A DNA stretch of 64,000 bases from Escherichia coli (GCF_003334765.1 NZ_QOWT01000008.1), one strand, 5' to 3'. Shown: positions 50,411 to 62,433, counted from the first letter of the stretch. Translations and numbers: made by a program. The notes: generated by a model not told the origin, from the letters alone.

Positions 50411-52390
50411 ATGAATCGTTTTATTATGGCCAACAGTCAGCAATGTCTGGGTTGTCATGCTTGTGAAATCGCCTGTGTCATGGCTCACAATGATGAGCAA
50501 CATGTCCTGAGCCAACACCATTTTCATCCCCGAATTACGGTTATCAAACATCAACAGCAACGTAGTGCAGTGACCTGTCACCATTGTGAAGATGCGCCCT
50601 GCGCCCGTAGCTGCCCTAATGGCGCAATCAGCCACGTTGATGACAGCATTCAGGTCAATCAGCAAAAGTGTATTGGCTGTAAATCCTGCGTGGTGGCCTG
50701 TCCTTTTGGTACGATGCAAATCGTCCTGACACCCGTCGCGGCAGGAAAAGTAAAAGCCACGGCGCATAAATGCGACCTTTGTGCGGGGCGCGAAAACGGT
50801 CCTGCCTGTGTTGAGAATTGCCCGGCGGACGCGCTGCAACTGGTCACTGACGTCGCACTCTCCGGCATGGCGAAATCCCGCCGCTTGCGCACCGCGCGTC
50901 AGGAACATCAACCGTGGCATGCCAGTACCGCGGCGCAAGAAATGCCGGTAATGAGTAAAGTCGAACAAATGCAGGCAACGCCCGCGCGTGGCGAGCCGGA
51001 TAAACTGGCGATTGAAGCGCGCAAAACCGGTTTTGATGAAATTTATCTGCCATTTCGCGCCGACCAGGCACAACGGGAAGCCTCGCGCTGCCTTAAGTGC
51101 GGCGAGCACAGCGTTTGTGAATGGACCTGCCCGCTGCATAACCATATACCGCAGTGGATTGAACTGGTGAAAGCCGGAAACATCGACGCCGCCGTCGAGC
51201 TTTCTCACCAGACCAACACCCTGCCGGAAATTACCGGACGCGTTTGTCCGCAAGACCGTTTGTGTGAAGGTGCCTGTACTATTCGCGATGAGCACGGCGC
51301 GGTAACTATCGGCAACATTGAACGCTACATTTCAGATCAGGCGTTGGCGAAAGGTTGGCGTCCTGACTTAAGCCATGTCACCAAAGTGGACAAGCGGGTG
51401 GCGATTATCGGTGCAGGTCCGGCAGGGCTGGCCTGTGCGGATGTTCTGACCCGCAATGGCGTGGGGGTGACGGTGTACGATCGCCATCCAGAAATCGGTG
51501 GCTTGCTCACTTTCGGCATTCCTTCTTTCAAACTGGATAAATCCCTGCTGGCACGCCGTCGGGAAATCTTCAGCGCGATGGGGATTCACTTCGAACTCAA
51601 TTGTGAAGTGGGTAAAGATGTCTCTTTGGATTCGCTTTTGGAACAATACGACGCGGTCTTCGTTGGCGTAGGCACTTACCGTTCCATGAAAGCGGGTTTA
51701 CCCAATGAAGATGCGCCGGGCGTTTATGACGCGCTGCCGTTCCTCATTGCCAACACTAAACAGGTGATGGGGCTCGAAGAGCTACCGGAAGAGCCGTTTA
51801 TCAATACCGCCGGACTTAACGTCGTGGTACTGGGCGGCGGCGACACCGCGATGGACTGTGTGCGTACCGCACTGCGCCACGGCGCGAGTAACGTCACCTG
51901 CGCTTATCGTCGTGATGAAGCTAACATGCCAGGCTCGAAGAAAGAAGTGAAGAACGCCCGCGAAGAGGGGGCCAACTTCGAATTTAACGTCCAGCCGGTG
52001 GCGCTTGAGCTGAATGAACAAGGTCACGTCTGCGGGATTCGTTTCCTGCGCACGCGTCTTGGAGAGCCGGATGCCCAGGGGCGTCGGCGTCCAGTGCCGG
52101 TGGAAGGCAGTGAATTTGTCATGCCAGCCGACGCGGTGATTATGGCGTTTGGCTTCAATCCGCACGGGATGCCGTGGCTGGAGTCGCACGGTGTAACGGT
52201 AGACAAATGGGGCCGCATCATCGCGGATGTGGAAAGCCAGTACCGTTACCAGACCACCAATCCGAAAATCTTCGCTGGTGGTGACGCCGTGCGTGGTGCG
52301 GATCTGGTGGTTACCGCAATGGCAGAAGGACGTCATGCGGCACAGGGGATTATTGACTGGCTGGGGGTAAAATCAGTCAAATCTCACTGA
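50411..52390 (+). CDS. aegA: Fe-S / FAD-NAD(P) oxidoreductase AegA (ferredoxin domain fused to GltD-like domain)
   Basis: 659-aa ORF with N-terminal multi-Cys ferredoxin motifs and C-terminal GxGxxG dinucleotide-binding region. Confidence 0.9.
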   Translation: MNRFIMANSQQCLGCHACEIACVMAHNDEQHVLSQHHFHPRITVIKHQQQRSAVTCHHCEDAPCARSCPNGAISHVDDSIQVNQQKCIGCKSCVVACPFGTMQIVLTPVAAGKVKATAHKCDLCAGRENGPACVENCPADALQLVTDVALSGMAKSRRLRTARQEHQPWHASTAAQEMPVMSKVEQMQATPARGEPDKLAIEARKTGFDEIYLPFRADQAQREASRCLKCGEHSVCEWTCPLHNHIPQWIELVKAGNIDAAVELSHQTNTLPEITGRVCPQDRLCEGACTIRDEHGAVTIGNIERYISDQALAKGWRPDLSHVTKVDKRVAIIGAGPAGLACADVLTRNGVGVTVYDRHPEIGGLLTFGIPSFKLDKSLLARRREIFSAMGIHFELNCEVGKDVSLDSLLEQYDAVFVGVGTYRSMKAGLPNEDAPGVYDALPFLIANTKQVMGLEELPEEPFINTAGLNVVVLGGGDTAMDCVRTALRHGASNVTCAYRRDEANMPGSKKEVKNAREEGANFEFNVQPVALELNEQGHVCGIRFLRTRLGEPDAQGRRRPVPVEGSEFVMPADAVIMAFGFNPHGMPWLESHGVTVDKWGRIIADVESQYRYQTTNPKIFAGGDAVRGADLVVTAMAEGRHAAQGIIDWLGVKSVKSH

Positions 52391-52457
52391 TAGCCTGCGC
52401 AGACAAACCCGACTTCACAGCGTAAGATAATTGTTCATTTCGCGCTGTGGAGTCGGT

Positions 52458-53033
52458 ATGACGCAACAAATCACCCTCATTAAAGACAAAATTCTCTCCG
52501 ATAACTATTTCACCCTGCACAACATTACTTACGATCTCACGCGCAAAGACGGCGAAGTTATCCGCCATAAACGTGAAGTGTACGATCGCGGCAATGGTGC
52601 GACGATCCTCCTGTACAACACGAAGAAAAAGACCGTGGTTCTGATTCGTCAGTTCCGTGTCGCTACCTGGGTTAATGGCAATGAAAGCGGGCAGCTGATT
52701 GAAAGCTGCGCCGGGCTGCTGGATAACGACGAACCGGAAGTGTGTATTCGCAAAGAAGCGATTGAAGAGACGGGCTATGAAGTGGGTGAAGTGCGCAAAT
52801 TATTTGAACTGTATATGTCGCCAGGCGGTGTGACTGAGCTAATCCACTTTTTTATCGCCGAATACAGTGACAATCAGCGCGCTAACGCCGGTGGCGGTGT
52901 CGAAGATGAAGATATTGAAGTGCTCGAGCTGCCGTTCAGCCAGGCGCTGGAGATGATCAAAACCGGCGAGATACGTGACGGTAAGACGGTGTTATTGCTT
53001 AACTATTTGCAAACGTCACATTTAATGGACTGA
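52458..53033 (+). CDS. nudK: GDP-mannose pyrophosphatase NudK (Nudix hydrolase)
   Basis: ORF track 52431..53033; start reset to [18 protein letters not shown] (191 aa); Nudix box REAIEETGY. Confidence 0.9.
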   Translation: MTQQITLIKDKILSDNYFTLHNITYDLTRKDGEVIRHKREVYDRGNGATILLYNTKKKTVVLIRQFRVATWVNGNESGQLIESCAGLLDNDEPEVCIRKEAIEETGYEVGEVRKLFELYMSPGGVTELIHFFIAEYSDNQRANAGGGVEDEDIEVLELPFSQALEMIKTGEIRDGKTVLLLNYLQTSHLMD

Positions 53034-53158
53034 AAAATAACAATAATATTTCGTTGTTTATTATTGGCTCAATCCGACAAATCCGATTGAGCCGCGCTAC
53101 CTGCGCAACGAAGATACGACTTGTGCTGTTTGTTTGAACTTCTGGGGTCGTACCGTCC

Positions 53159-54202
53159 ATGCGCTATCGCATTTTCCTTCTCTTTTTTTTCGCTTTGTTG
53201 CCGACGTCTTTGGTGTGGGCGGCACCAGCGCAACGGGCGTTTTCCGACTGGCAGGTCACCTGTAATAACCAAAATTTCTGCGTGGCGCGTAATACGGGCG
53301 ATCATAATGGACTGGTGATGACCCTGAGCCGCAGCGCCGGGGCGCATACCGATGCCGTTTTACGTATTGAGCGCGGCGGATTGAAGTCGCCGGAGGCGTC
53401 AGAAGGGGAGATAGCGCCACGGCTGCTGTTAGATGGCGAGCCGTTGGCGTTAAGTGGTGACAAGTGGCGGATTTCACCATGGTTATTAGTAACCGATGAT
53501 ACGGCAACCATCACCGCGTTTTTGCAGATGATTCAGGAAGGGAAGGCAATCACCTTACGCGATGGCGATCAGACCATTTCTCTGAGTGGCTTAAAAGCAG
53601 CGTTGTTGTTTATTGATGCTCAGCAAAAGCGCGTTGGCAGTGAAACCGCGTGGATCAAGAAAGGGGACGAACCGCCGCTCAGCGTACCGCCCGCGCCTGC
53701 GCTGAAAGAGGTCGCGGTGGTTAACCCAACGCCGACGCCACTCTCACTCGAAGAACGCAACGATTTGCTGGATTATGGAAACTGGCGGATGAATGGTCTG
53801 CGCTGCTCGCTTGATCCATTGCGTCGTGAGGTGAATGTCACTGCGCTGACTGATGATAAAGCGCTGATGATGATTAGCTGTGAGGCAGGGGCCTATAACA
53901 CCATTGATTTGGCATGGATTGTGTCGCGTAAAAAGCCACTAGCTTCGCGCCCGGTTCGGTTGCGTTTGCCGTTCAACAACGGTCAGGAGACGAATGAACT
54001 GGAACTGATGAACGCAACATTTGATGAGAAATCGCGTGAACTGGTGACCTTAGCGAAAGGGCGCGGATTAAGCGATTGTGGCATTCAGGCGCGCTGGCGC
54101 TTTGACGGTCAGCGTTTTCGCCTGGTGCGTTACGCCGCAGAACCCACCTGCGATAACTGGCATGGGCCAGACGCCTGGCCCACGTTGTGGATCACCCGTT
54201 AA
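53159..54202 (+). CDS. ypfG: Periplasmic DUF1176-family protein YpfG
   Basis: 347-aa ORF with signal peptide MRYRIFLLFFFALLPTSLVWA. Confidence 0.85.
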   Translation: MRYRIFLLFFFALLPTSLVWAAPAQRAFSDWQVTCNNQNFCVARNTGDHNGLVMTLSRSAGAHTDAVLRIERGGLKSPEASEGEIAPRLLLDGEPLALSGDKWRISPWLLVTDDTATITAFLQMIQEGKAITLRDGDQTISLSGLKAALLFIDAQQKRVGSETAWIKKGDEPPLSVPPAPALKEVAVVNPTPTPLSLEERNDLLDYGNWRMNGLRCSLDPLRREVNVTALTDDKALMMISCEAGAYNTIDLAWIVSRKKPLASRPVRLRLPFNNGQETNELELMNATFDEKSRELVTLAKGRGLSDCGIQARWRFDGQRFRLVRYAAEPTCDNWHGPDAWPTLWITR

Positions 54203-54217
54203 ACAAAATGGCGGGAC

Positions 54218-54290
54218 ATGTAGGCCGGATAAGACGCTGTAGGCCGGATAAGACGCGTCAGCGTCGCATCCGGCAATCAGCATCCGGCAA
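54218..54290. repeat. REP/BIME cluster
   Basis: Tandem TAGGCCGGATAAGACGC units followed by GCGTCGCATCCGGCAATCAGCATCCGGCAA, directly upstream of the tktB stop. Confidence 0.75.
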
Positions 54291-54296
54291 TCACCA

Positions 54297-56300
54297 TCAG
54301 GCACCTTTCACTCCCAGCACCTTATGCGCTTTTGCCACAATATTCTCGGCGGTAAAGCCAAAGAACGGGAACAGCTTATCCGCCGGAGCAGATTCCCCGT
54401 AACCCGTCATCCCGACAATTGCCCCTTTCAGACCAACATACTTGTACCAGTAATCGGCAATACCTGCTTCCACCGCCACGCGAGCCGCAACGTTAGAAGG
54501 CAACACCGACTCCCGATATTCCTCATCCTGGGCGTCGAAAATATCGGTCGAGGGCAGGGAAACTACGCGTACATTGCGACCTTCTCCTGCTAATTTCTCT
54601 GCCGCTTGCAGGGTAATTTCCATCTCTGAACCGGTGGCAATCAGAATAATATCTGGCTTACCGCCGCTGTCTTTCAGCACATAACCGCCACGAGCAATCT
54701 CTTTAACCTGATCCGGCGTACGTTCCACCTGGGCCAGATTCTGCCTTGAGAGGATCAGTGCCGTCGGTCCGTTGTGGCGCTCAACCGCCAGCTTCCAGCC
54801 CACCGCCGCTTCCACCTGATCGCACGGTCGCCAGGTGCTGAAATTTGGCGTTAAGCGCAGGCTGGCCAGTTGCTCAACAGCCTGGTGCGTCGGACCATCT
54901 TCGCCCAGGCCAATTGAGTCGTGGGTATAAACCATAATCTGCCGCGCTTTCATCAGTGCCGCCATCCGCGCGGCGTTACGGGCGTATTCAACAAACATCA
55001 GGAACGTCGCGGTATACGGCACAAAGCCGCCGTGGTGCGCGATGCCGTTGGCGATAGCGGTCATGCCAAATTCACGCACCCCGTAGTGAATGTAGTTGCC
55101 CGCTGGATCTTCCTTCAGCGAAACAGAACCTTTCCAGATGGTCAGGTTGCTGGGAGCCAGATCCGCCGAACCGCCGAGCAACTCAGGCAGCATCGGCCCG
55201 TAAGCGTTAAGCGTATTTTGCGAAGCCTTACGGGTAGCGATTTTCGCCGGATTTGCCTGTAACTCATTGATATATTTCTGAGTCGTTTTCTCCCAGTCCT
55301 TCGGTAAACCACCGCTCATCCGTCGGGTAAACTCTTCTGCCAGTTGCGGATGAGCCTTTTTATAGGCGGCAAACTTCTCATTCCAGCTCTGCTGCGCTTT
55401 TTCGCCTTTTTCACGGGCATCCCAGGCGTGATAAATCTCTTTAGGGATCTCAAATGGCGGATGGTGCCAGCCCAGTTTTTGCCGTGCCAGCGCCACTTCT
55501 TCTTCCCCCAGTGGTGCGCCGTGCGCCTCTTCCTTACCTGCTTTATTCGGCGAACCAAAGCCAATCACCGTACGGCAGATAATCAGCGACGGCTTATCTT
55601 TCACGCTTTGCGCTTCAAGGATCGCTTCCTTCACCGCCTGCGGATCGTGACCGTCGATTTCATGGATCACATGCCAGTGATAGGCTTCAAAACGTTTTGC
55701 CGTATCGTCGGTAAACCAGCCTTCTGTTTCACCGTCGATGGAAATACCGTTGTGATCGTAAAAACCAATCAGCTTGCCCAGTCCCAGCGTGCCTGCCAGC
55801 GAACAGACTTCGTGGGAAATACCTTCCATCAGGCAGCCGTCGCCCATAAACACATAGGTGAAGTGATCGACGATCTCATGGTCTGGCTGGTTAAACTGCG
55901 CCGCCAGTGTACGCTCTGCTATCGCCAGCCCGACGGCGTTCGCCAAACCTTGTCCAAGCGGGCCGGTGGTGGTTTCAACGCCTGGCGTATAGCCAATCTC
56001 CGGGTGGCCTGGGGTTTTCGAATGCAACTGACGGAAGTTCTTCAGTTCTTCCAGCGGCAGGTCGTAACCGGTCAGATGTAGCAAACTGTAGAGCAGCATC
56101 GACGCGTGACCGTTGGAAAGAATAAAGCGGTCGCGATCATACCAGGTTGGGTCGGTAGGGTTATGTTTAAGAAAATCGTTCCACAGCACTTCGGCAATAT
56201 CAGCCATGCCCATCGGCGCGCCGGGATGACCAGAGTTGGCTTTTTGTACCGCATCCATACTGAGTGCGCGAATCGCATTGGCAAGGTCTTTTCGGGACAT
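54297..56300 (-). CDS. tktB: Transketolase 2
   Basis: ORF track 54297..56363; start reset to [27 protein letters not shown] (667 aa). Confidence 0.95.
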   Translation of the reverse strand: MSRKDLANAIRALSMDAVQKANSGHPGAPMGMADIAEVLWNDFLKHNPTDPTWYDRDRFILSNGHASMLLYSLLHLTGYDLPLEELKNFRQLHSKTPGHPEIGYTPGVETTTGPLGQGLANAVGLAIAERTLAAQFNQPDHEIVDHFTYVFMGDGCLMEGISHEVCSLAGTLGLGKLIGFYDHNGISIDGETEGWFTDDTAKRFEAYHWHVIHEIDGHDPQAVKEAILEAQSVKDKPSLIICRTVIGFGSPNKAGKEEAHGAPLGEEEVALARQKLGWHHPPFEIPKEIYHAWDAREKGEKAQQSWNEKFAAYKKAHPQLAEEFTRRMSGGLPKDWEKTTQKYINELQANPAKIATRKASQNTLNAYGPMLPELLGGSADLAPSNLTIWKGSVSLKEDPAGNYIHYGVREFGMTAIANGIAHHGGFVPYTATFLMFVEYARNAARMAALMKARQIMVYTHDSIGLGEDGPTHQAVEQLASLRLTPNFSTWRPCDQVEAAVGWKLAVERHNGPTALILSRQNLAQVERTPDQVKEIARGGYVLKDSGGKPDIILIATGSEMEITLQAAEKLAGEGRNVRVVSLPSTDIFDAQDEEYRESVLPSNVAARVAVEAGIADYWYKYVGLKGAIVGMTGYGESAPADKLFPFFGFTAENIVAKAHKVLGVKGA

Positions 56301-56319
56301 ATAACACTCCGTGGCTGGT

Positions 56320-57270
56320 TTATAGTTTGGCGGCAAGAAGATCTTCCAGTTTGCGTTGATCAACGGCGAACAGACGAATGCCTTCAGACAGTTTTTCTAC
56401 CGCCATCGCATCCTGATTGTGCTCCCAACGGAACTCCGCTTCGCTCATGGGAGCTGGGCGTGGGAACGTCTGAGAAGGTGGGATTAATTTACGTACCACT
56501 GGCGAAACTTTTTCCTGCAGCTCCTTCAGTAAATTCGGTGCGATAGTCAGTCGATCGCAGCCGGTTAAGGCGAGGATTTGTTCGGTGCGACGGAAGCTCG
56601 CGCCCATCACAATGGTTTCATAGTGGTGTTGCTTATAGTAGTCGTAGATATTGCGCACCGATTTAACGCCCGGATCTTCTTCCACCACATACGGGTCCAT
56701 CGGCTTGCGTGCCTGATACCAGTCATAAATACGCCCGACAAACGGCGAAATCAGAAAAACGCCTGCTTCCGCACAGGCCCGTGCCTGTGCAAAAGAAAAC
56801 AGCAGCGTCAGGTTGCAGTTAATACCTTCTTTTTCCAGCTCTTCTGCCGCGCGAATTCCTTCCCAGGTCGAAGCCAGCTTGATCAGAATGCGTGATTTCT
56901 CAACGCCTTGTTGCTGATACAAGTCCACCAGATGGCGCGCCTTCTCAATACTCTTTTCTTTATCAAAAGAGAGGCGTGCATCAACTTCTGTTGACACGCG
57001 ACCGGGTACGATTTTGAGGATTTCAGCACCGAAATTGACCGCCAGTTTGTCACACGCTGCGACCACCTGTTGTTCCTGGGTCTTGCCATTTTTTTTACCC
57101 CAGGCGATAGCATCGTCTATTAAATGCTCATATTGTGATAATCCGGCAGCTTTGAGTAACAGCGAAGGATTGGTGGTGGCATCCTGGGGATGATAATGGC
57201 GAATGGACTCAATATCGCCGCTGTCTGCCACGACAGTGGTGAACTGTTTGATGCCGTCTAACTCGTTCAT
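56320..57270 (-). CDS. talA: Transaldolase A
   Basis: 316-aa [26 protein letters not shown]...; 19-nt gap to tktB indicates a talA-tktB operon. Confidence 0.95.
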   Translation of the reverse strand: MNELDGIKQFTTVVADSGDIESIRHYHPQDATTNPSLLLKAAGLSQYEHLIDDAIAWGKKNGKTQEQQVVAACDKLAVNFGAEILKIVPGRVSTEVDARLSFDKEKSIEKARHLVDLYQQQGVEKSRILIKLASTWEGIRAAEELEKEGINCNLTLLFSFAQARACAEAGVFLISPFVGRIYDWYQARKPMDPYVVEEDPGVKSVRNIYDYYKQHHYETIVMGASFRRTEQILALTGCDRLTIAPNLLKELQEKVSPVVRKLIPPSQTFPRPAPMSEAEFRWEHNQDAMAVEKLSEGIRLFAVDQRKLEDLLAAKL

Positions 57271-57496
57271 AGGAAATACTCCTTGAAAAGTAAAGTGTTA
57301 GATGAGTGCGTTAATTCACACTTCTGAGAAATTTCGCTAAACGCATCAAAAAAGCATAGCAGACAGGCATGGTATTGCTGGATTAAGCAGGTAACATCAG
57401 TGTTATAGGATTATTACCAAAACATTATATTAATGGTGAGAGTTTGGACTTGCTCAAAGTCTGTAGACTCCGGCAGGGTAATAATGTGCGCCACGT

Positions 57497-57520
57497 TGTG
57501 GGCAGGGGCTGTTGCCCACA
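57497..57520 (+). other. Stem-loop in the maeB 5' leader
   Basis: TGTGGGCA-ggggctgt-TGCCCACA, 8-bp stem about 40 nt upstream of the maeB ATG. Confidence 0.35.
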
Positions 57521-57558
57521 CACTTTATTTGTGAACGTTACGTGAAAGGAACAACCAA

Positions 57559-59838
57559 ATGGATGACCAGTTAAAACAAAGTGCACTTGATTTCCATGAA
57601 TTTCCAGTTCCAGGGAAAATCCAGGTTTCTCCAACCAAGCCTCTGGCAACACAGCGCGATCTGGCGCTGGCCTACTCACCAGGCGTTGCCGCACCTTGTC
57701 TTGAAATCGAAAAAGACCCGTTAAAAGCCTACAAATATACCGCCCGCGGTAACCTGGTGGCGGTGATCTCTAACGGTACGGCGGTGCTGGGGTTAGGCAA
57801 CATTGGCGCGCTGGCAGGCAAACCGGTGATGGAAGGCAAGGGCGTTCTGTTTAAGAAATTCGCCGGGATTGATGTATTTGACATTGAAGTTGACGAACTC
57901 GACCCGGACAAATTTATTGAAGTTGTCGCCGCGCTCGAACCAACCTTCGGCGGCATCAACCTCGAAGACATTAAAGCGCCAGAATGTTTCTATATTGAAC
58001 AGAAACTGCGCGAGCGGATGAATATTCCGGTATTCCACGACGATCAGCACGGCACGGCAATTATCAGCACTGCCGCCATCCTCAACGGCTTGCGCGTGGT
58101 GGAGAAAAACATCTCCGACGTGCGGATGGTGGTTTCCGGCGCGGGTGCCGCAGCAATCGCCTGTATGAACCTGCTGGTAGCGCTGGGTCTGCAAAAACAT
58201 AACATCGTGGTTTGCGATTCAAAAGGCGTTATCTATCAGGGCCGTGAGCCAAACATGGCGGAAACCAAAGCCGCATATGCGGTGGTGGATGACGGCAAAC
58301 GTACCCTCGATGATGTGATTGAAGGCGCGGATATTTTCCTGGGCTGTTCCGGCCCGAAAGTGCTGACCCAGGAAATGGTGAAGAAAATGGCTCGTGCGCC
58401 AATGATCCTGGCGCTGGCGAACCCGGAACCGGAAATTCTGCCGCCGCTGGCGAAAGAAGTGCGTCCGGATGCCATCATTTGCACCGGTCGTTCTGACTAT
58501 CCGAACCAGGTGAACAACGTCCTGTGCTTCCCGTTCATCTTCCGTGGCGCGCTGGACGTTGGCGCAACCGCCATCAACGAAGAGATGAAACTGGCGGCGG
58601 TACGTGCGATTGCAGAACTCGCCCATGCGGAACAGAGCGAAGTGGTGGCTTCAGCGTATGGCGATCAGGATCTGAGCTTTGGTCCGGAATACATCATTCC
58701 AAAACCGTTTGATCCGCGCTTGATCGTTAAGATCGCTCCTGCGGTCGCTAAAGCCGCGATGGAGTCGGGCGTGGCGACTCGTCCGATTGCTGATTTCGAC
58801 GTCTACATCGACAAGCTGACTGAGTTCGTTTACAAAACCAACCTGTTTATGAAGCCGATTTTCTCCCAGGCTCGCAAAGCGCCGAAGCGCGTTGTTCTGC
58901 CGGAAGGGGAAGAGGCGCGCGTTCTGCATGCCACTCAGGAACTGGTAACGCTGGGACTGGCGAAACCGATCCTTATCGGTCGTCCGAACGTGATCGAAAT
59001 GCGCATTCAGAAACTGGGCTTGCAGATCAAAGCGGGCGTTGATTTTGAGATCGTCAATAACGAATCCGATCCGCGCTTTAAAGAGTACTGGACCGAATAC
59101 TTCCAGATCATGAAGCGTCGCGGCGTCACTCAGGAACAGGCGCAGCGGGCGCTGATCAGTAACCCGACAGTGATCGGCGCGATCATGGTTCAGCGTGGGG
59201 AAGCCGATGCAATGATTTGCGGTACGGTGGGTGATTATCATGAACATTTTAGCGTGGTGAAAAATGTCTTTGGTTATCGCGATGGCGTTCACACCGCAGG
59301 TGCCATGAACGCGCTGCTGCTGCCGAGTGGTAACACCTTTATTGCCGATACATATGTTAATGATGAACCGGATGCAGAAGAGCTGGCGGAGATCACCTTG
59401 ATGGCGGCAGAAACTGTCCGTCGTTTTGGTATTGAGCCGCGCGTTGCTTTGTTGTCGCACTCCAACTTTGGTTCTTCTGACTGCCCGTCGTCGAGCAAAA
59501 TGCGTCAGGCGCTGGAACTGGTCAGGGAACGTGCACCAGAACTGATGATTGATGGTGAAATGCACGGCGATGCAGCGCTGGTGGAAGCGATTCGCAACGA
59601 CCGTATGCCGGACAGCTCTTTGAAAGGTTCCGCCAATATTCTGGTGATGCCGAACATGGAAGCTGCCCGCATTAGTTACAACTTACTGCGTGTTTCCAGC
59701 TCGGAAGGTGTGACTGTCGGCCCGGTGCTGATGGGTGTGGCGAAACCGGTTCACGTGTTAACGCCGATCGCATCGGTGCGTCGTATCGTCAACATGGTGG
59801 CGCTGGCCGTGGTAGAAGCGCAAACCCAACCGCTGTAA
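57559..59838 (+). CDS. maeB: NADP-dependent malic enzyme (malic enzyme domain fused to PTA-like domain)
   Basis: 759-aa [26 protein letters not shown].... Confidence 0.95.
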
Positions 59839-59854
59839 TTTTTTTAACTCTCAC

Positions 59855-59880
59855 GCTTACCCTGAATATTCAGGGTAAGC
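59855..59880. other. Perfect 26-bp palindrome GCTTACCCTGAAT|ATTCAGGGTAAGC after maeB
   Basis: Read directly from sequence 17 nt after the maeB stop; no downstream U-tract; lies at the distal edge of the eut upstream region. Confidence 0.5.
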
Positions 59881-60129
59881 AGTTTAGCTGCAATATATTA
59901 GTAAAGCTTATTACTGAGTTTGCGAATAATAAAAAAAAGCAGTCTATATAATATCTCGATATTATTTTATTTATATTCATGCGTTGCATATGAAAGTTTA
60001 TGCACCACAGCGAATATCTCTCCATTCTTAGTGATCTACCTCACCTTTTAAACGCGCTTGCCGAATTTTGTTATTTACTCTGACGAAAAATTGTCACGAT
60101 ACACGAAAGTTTTTCACAGGCGGCGACTC

Positions 60130-60465
60130 ATGGATAAAGAACGCATCATTCAGGAATTTGTGCCCGGCAAACAGGTCACACTGGCGCATCTCATCGCGCA
60201 TCCCGGTGAGGAACTGGCGAAGAAAATCGGCGTTCCGGATGCGGGCGCAATTGGCATTATGACGCTAACTCCCGGCGAAACGGCGATGATCGCCGGTGAT
60301 TTAGCGCTGAAAGCCGCTGATGTGCATATCGGTTTTCTCGACCGATTCAGCGGTGCATTGGTGATTTATGGCTCGGTGGGCGCAGTAGAAGAAGCGTTAT
60401 CACAAACCGTCAGCGGTTTAGGTCGCTTATTAAATTATACGCTTTGTGAAATGACCAAAAGTTAA
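60130..60465 (+). CDS. eutS: Ethanolamine-utilisation microcompartment shell protein EutS
   Basis: ORF track 60058..60465; start reset to [21 protein letters not shown] (111 aa). Confidence 0.9.
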
Positions 60466-60477
60466 TACGAGGCATTC

Positions 60478-60957
60478 ATGAAACGAATTGCGTTTGTGGG
60501 TAGCGTCGGGGCAGGAAAAACAACGTTATTTAATGCGTTGCAGGGGAATTATACCCTCGCCAGAAAAACACAGGCCGTGGAATTTAATGATAAGGGCGAT
60601 ATTGATACGCCGGGTGAATATTTTAACCATCCCCGCTGGTATCACGCCTTAATTACCACGCTACAGGATGTAGACATGCTGATCTATGTCCATGGCGCAA
60701 ATGACCCGGAAAGTCGGTTGCCTGCCGGGTTGCTGGATATTGGCGTCAGCAAACGGCAAATCGCCGTCATCAGTAAAACGGACATGCCAGATGCTGACGT
60801 CGCCGCAACGCGAAAGTTATTGCTTGAGACGGGCTTCGAAGAGCCGATTTTCGAGCTAAACAGCCACGACCCGCAAAGCGTGCAGCAACTGGTGGATTAT
60901 CTGGCATCTCTCACCAAACAGGAGGAAGCAGGTGAAAAAACTCATCACAGCGAATGA
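60478..60957 (+). CDS. eutP: Ethanolamine-utilisation P-loop acetate kinase-like protein EutP
   Basis: 159-aa ORF with Walker A GSVGAGKTT. Confidence 0.9.
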   Translation: MKRIAFVGSVGAGKTTLFNALQGNYTLARKTQAVEFNDKGDIDTPGEYFNHPRWYHALITTLQDVDMLIYVHGANDPESRLPAGLLDIGVSKRQIAVISKTDMPDADVAATRKLLLETGFEEPIFELNSHDPQSVQQLVDYLASLTKQEEAGEKTHHSE

Positions 60958-61633
60958 TATTCGTGAAGCACACGCGCGCGGCGAACAGGCAATGTCCGTG
61001 GTTCTGCGCGCCAGCATTATTACCCCGGAAGCCCGTGAAGTGGCGGATCTACTGGGTTTTACCATCACCGAATGTGATGAATCGATCCCGGTAACGGCGT
61101 CCGTGCCCGCCAGCGTGCCAGCCGACAAAACCGAAAGCCAGCGCATCCGCGAAACCATCATTGCCCAGCTGCCGGAAGGCCAGTTTACCGAAAGCCTGGT
61201 CGCACAGCTGATGGAAAAAGTGATGAAGGAAAAACAGTCGCTGGAGCAGGGCGCAATGCAGCCGAGCTTCAAATCGGTGACCGGCAAAGGCGGCATCAAA
61301 GTGATTGATGGCAGTAGCGTCAAGTTTGGTCGTTTCGACGGCGCAGAGCCGCATTGCGTGGGCTTGACTGATCTTGTGACCGGAGACGACGGCAGCAGCA
61401 TGGCCGCCGGTTTTATGCAGTGGGAGAACGCATTCTTCCCGTGGACCCTGAACTACGACGAAATCGACATGGTGCTGGAAGGGGAGCTGCATGTTCGCCA
61501 CGAAGGCCAAACCATGATCGCCAAAGCAGGCGACGTGATGTTTATCCCGAAAGGCTCCAGCATCGAATTTGGTACGACATCCAGCGTGAAATTCCTGTAT
61601 GTCGCCTGGCCGGCTAACTGGCAATCCCTATGA
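60932..61633 (+). CDS. eutQ: Ethanolamine-utilisation cupin-domain protein EutQ
   Basis: 233-aa ORF MKKLITANDIREAHARGEQ...; overlaps the eutP 3' end by 26 nt. Confidence 0.88.
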   Translation: MKKLITANDIREAHARGEQAMSVVLRASIITPEAREVADLLGFTITECDESIPVTASVPASVPADKTESQRIRETIIAQLPEGQFTESLVAQLMEKVMKEKQSLEQGAMQPSFKSVTGKGGIKVIDGSSVKFGRFDGAEPHCVGLTDLVTGDDGSSMAAGFMQWENAFFPWTLNYDEIDMVLEGELHVRHEGQTMIAKAGDVMFIPKGSSIEFGTTSSVKFLYVAWPANWQSL

Positions 61634-62433
61634 AAGATTTCATCACCGAAGCATGGCTAAGAGCGAACCATACGCTCAGCGAAGGCGCAGAGATCCATCT
61701 CCCTGCGGACAGTCGCCTGACGCCCTCTGCCCGGGAGTTGCTGGAAAGCCGCCATCTGCGCATCAAGTTTATTGACGAGCAGGGCCGCCTGTTTGTTGAC
61801 GATGAACAGCAGCAGCCGCAGCCCGTTCATGGGCTGACCAGTAGCGATGAACATCCGCAGGCGTGCTGCGAACTGTGTCGCCAGCCGGTGGCAAAAAAGC
61901 CGGATACGCTGACTCACCTGTCGGCGGAAAAAATGGTCGCCAAAAGCGATCCGCGTCTGGGTTTTCGCGCGGTTCTCGACAGCACCATTGCGCTGGCAGT
62001 GTGGCTGCAAATTGAACTGGCGGAACCGTGGCAGCCGTGGCTGGCGGATATCCGTTCGCGTCTTGGCAACATTATGCGCGCCGATGCGCTGGGGGAACCG
62101 CTGGGCTGCCAGGCGATTGTCGGGCTTTCTGACGAAGATCTGCATCGGCTTTCTCATCAGCCGCTGCGCTATCTCGACCACGATCATCTGGTGCCGGAAG
62201 CCAGCCACGGGCGCGATGCTGCGTTGCTCAATCTGCTACGCACCAAAGTGCGGGAAACCGAAACCGTAGCGGCGCAGGTCTTTATCACCCGCAGCTTTGA
62301 AGTATTACGCCCGGACATTTTGCAGGCGCTGAACCGCCTTTCGAGCACGGTCTACGTGATGATGATCCTGAGCGTAACGAAGCAGCCGCTAACGGTGAAG
62401 CAGATCCAACAACGACTGGGGGAAACGCAATGA
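61630..62433 (+). CDS. eutT: Ethanolamine-utilisation corrinoid adenosyltransferase EutT
   Basis: 267-aa [22 protein letters not shown]...; 4-nt overlaps with eutQ and eutD. Confidence 0.9.

Noticed and set aside
50387-51295. 302-aa minus-strand ORF inside aegA
   Set aside because: Antisense shadow ORF; aegA on the plus strand has clear Fe-S motifs.
55344-56081. 245-aa plus-strand ORF inside tktB
   Set aside because: Antisense to transketolase; no SD or homology signal.
58651-59565. 304-aa minus-strand ORF inside maeB
   Set aside because: Antisense shadow ORF within a well-supported 759-aa gene.
61049-62208. 191- and 183-aa minus-strand ORFs inside eutQ and eutT
   Set aside because: Antisense to tightly coupled eut genes; no start context.
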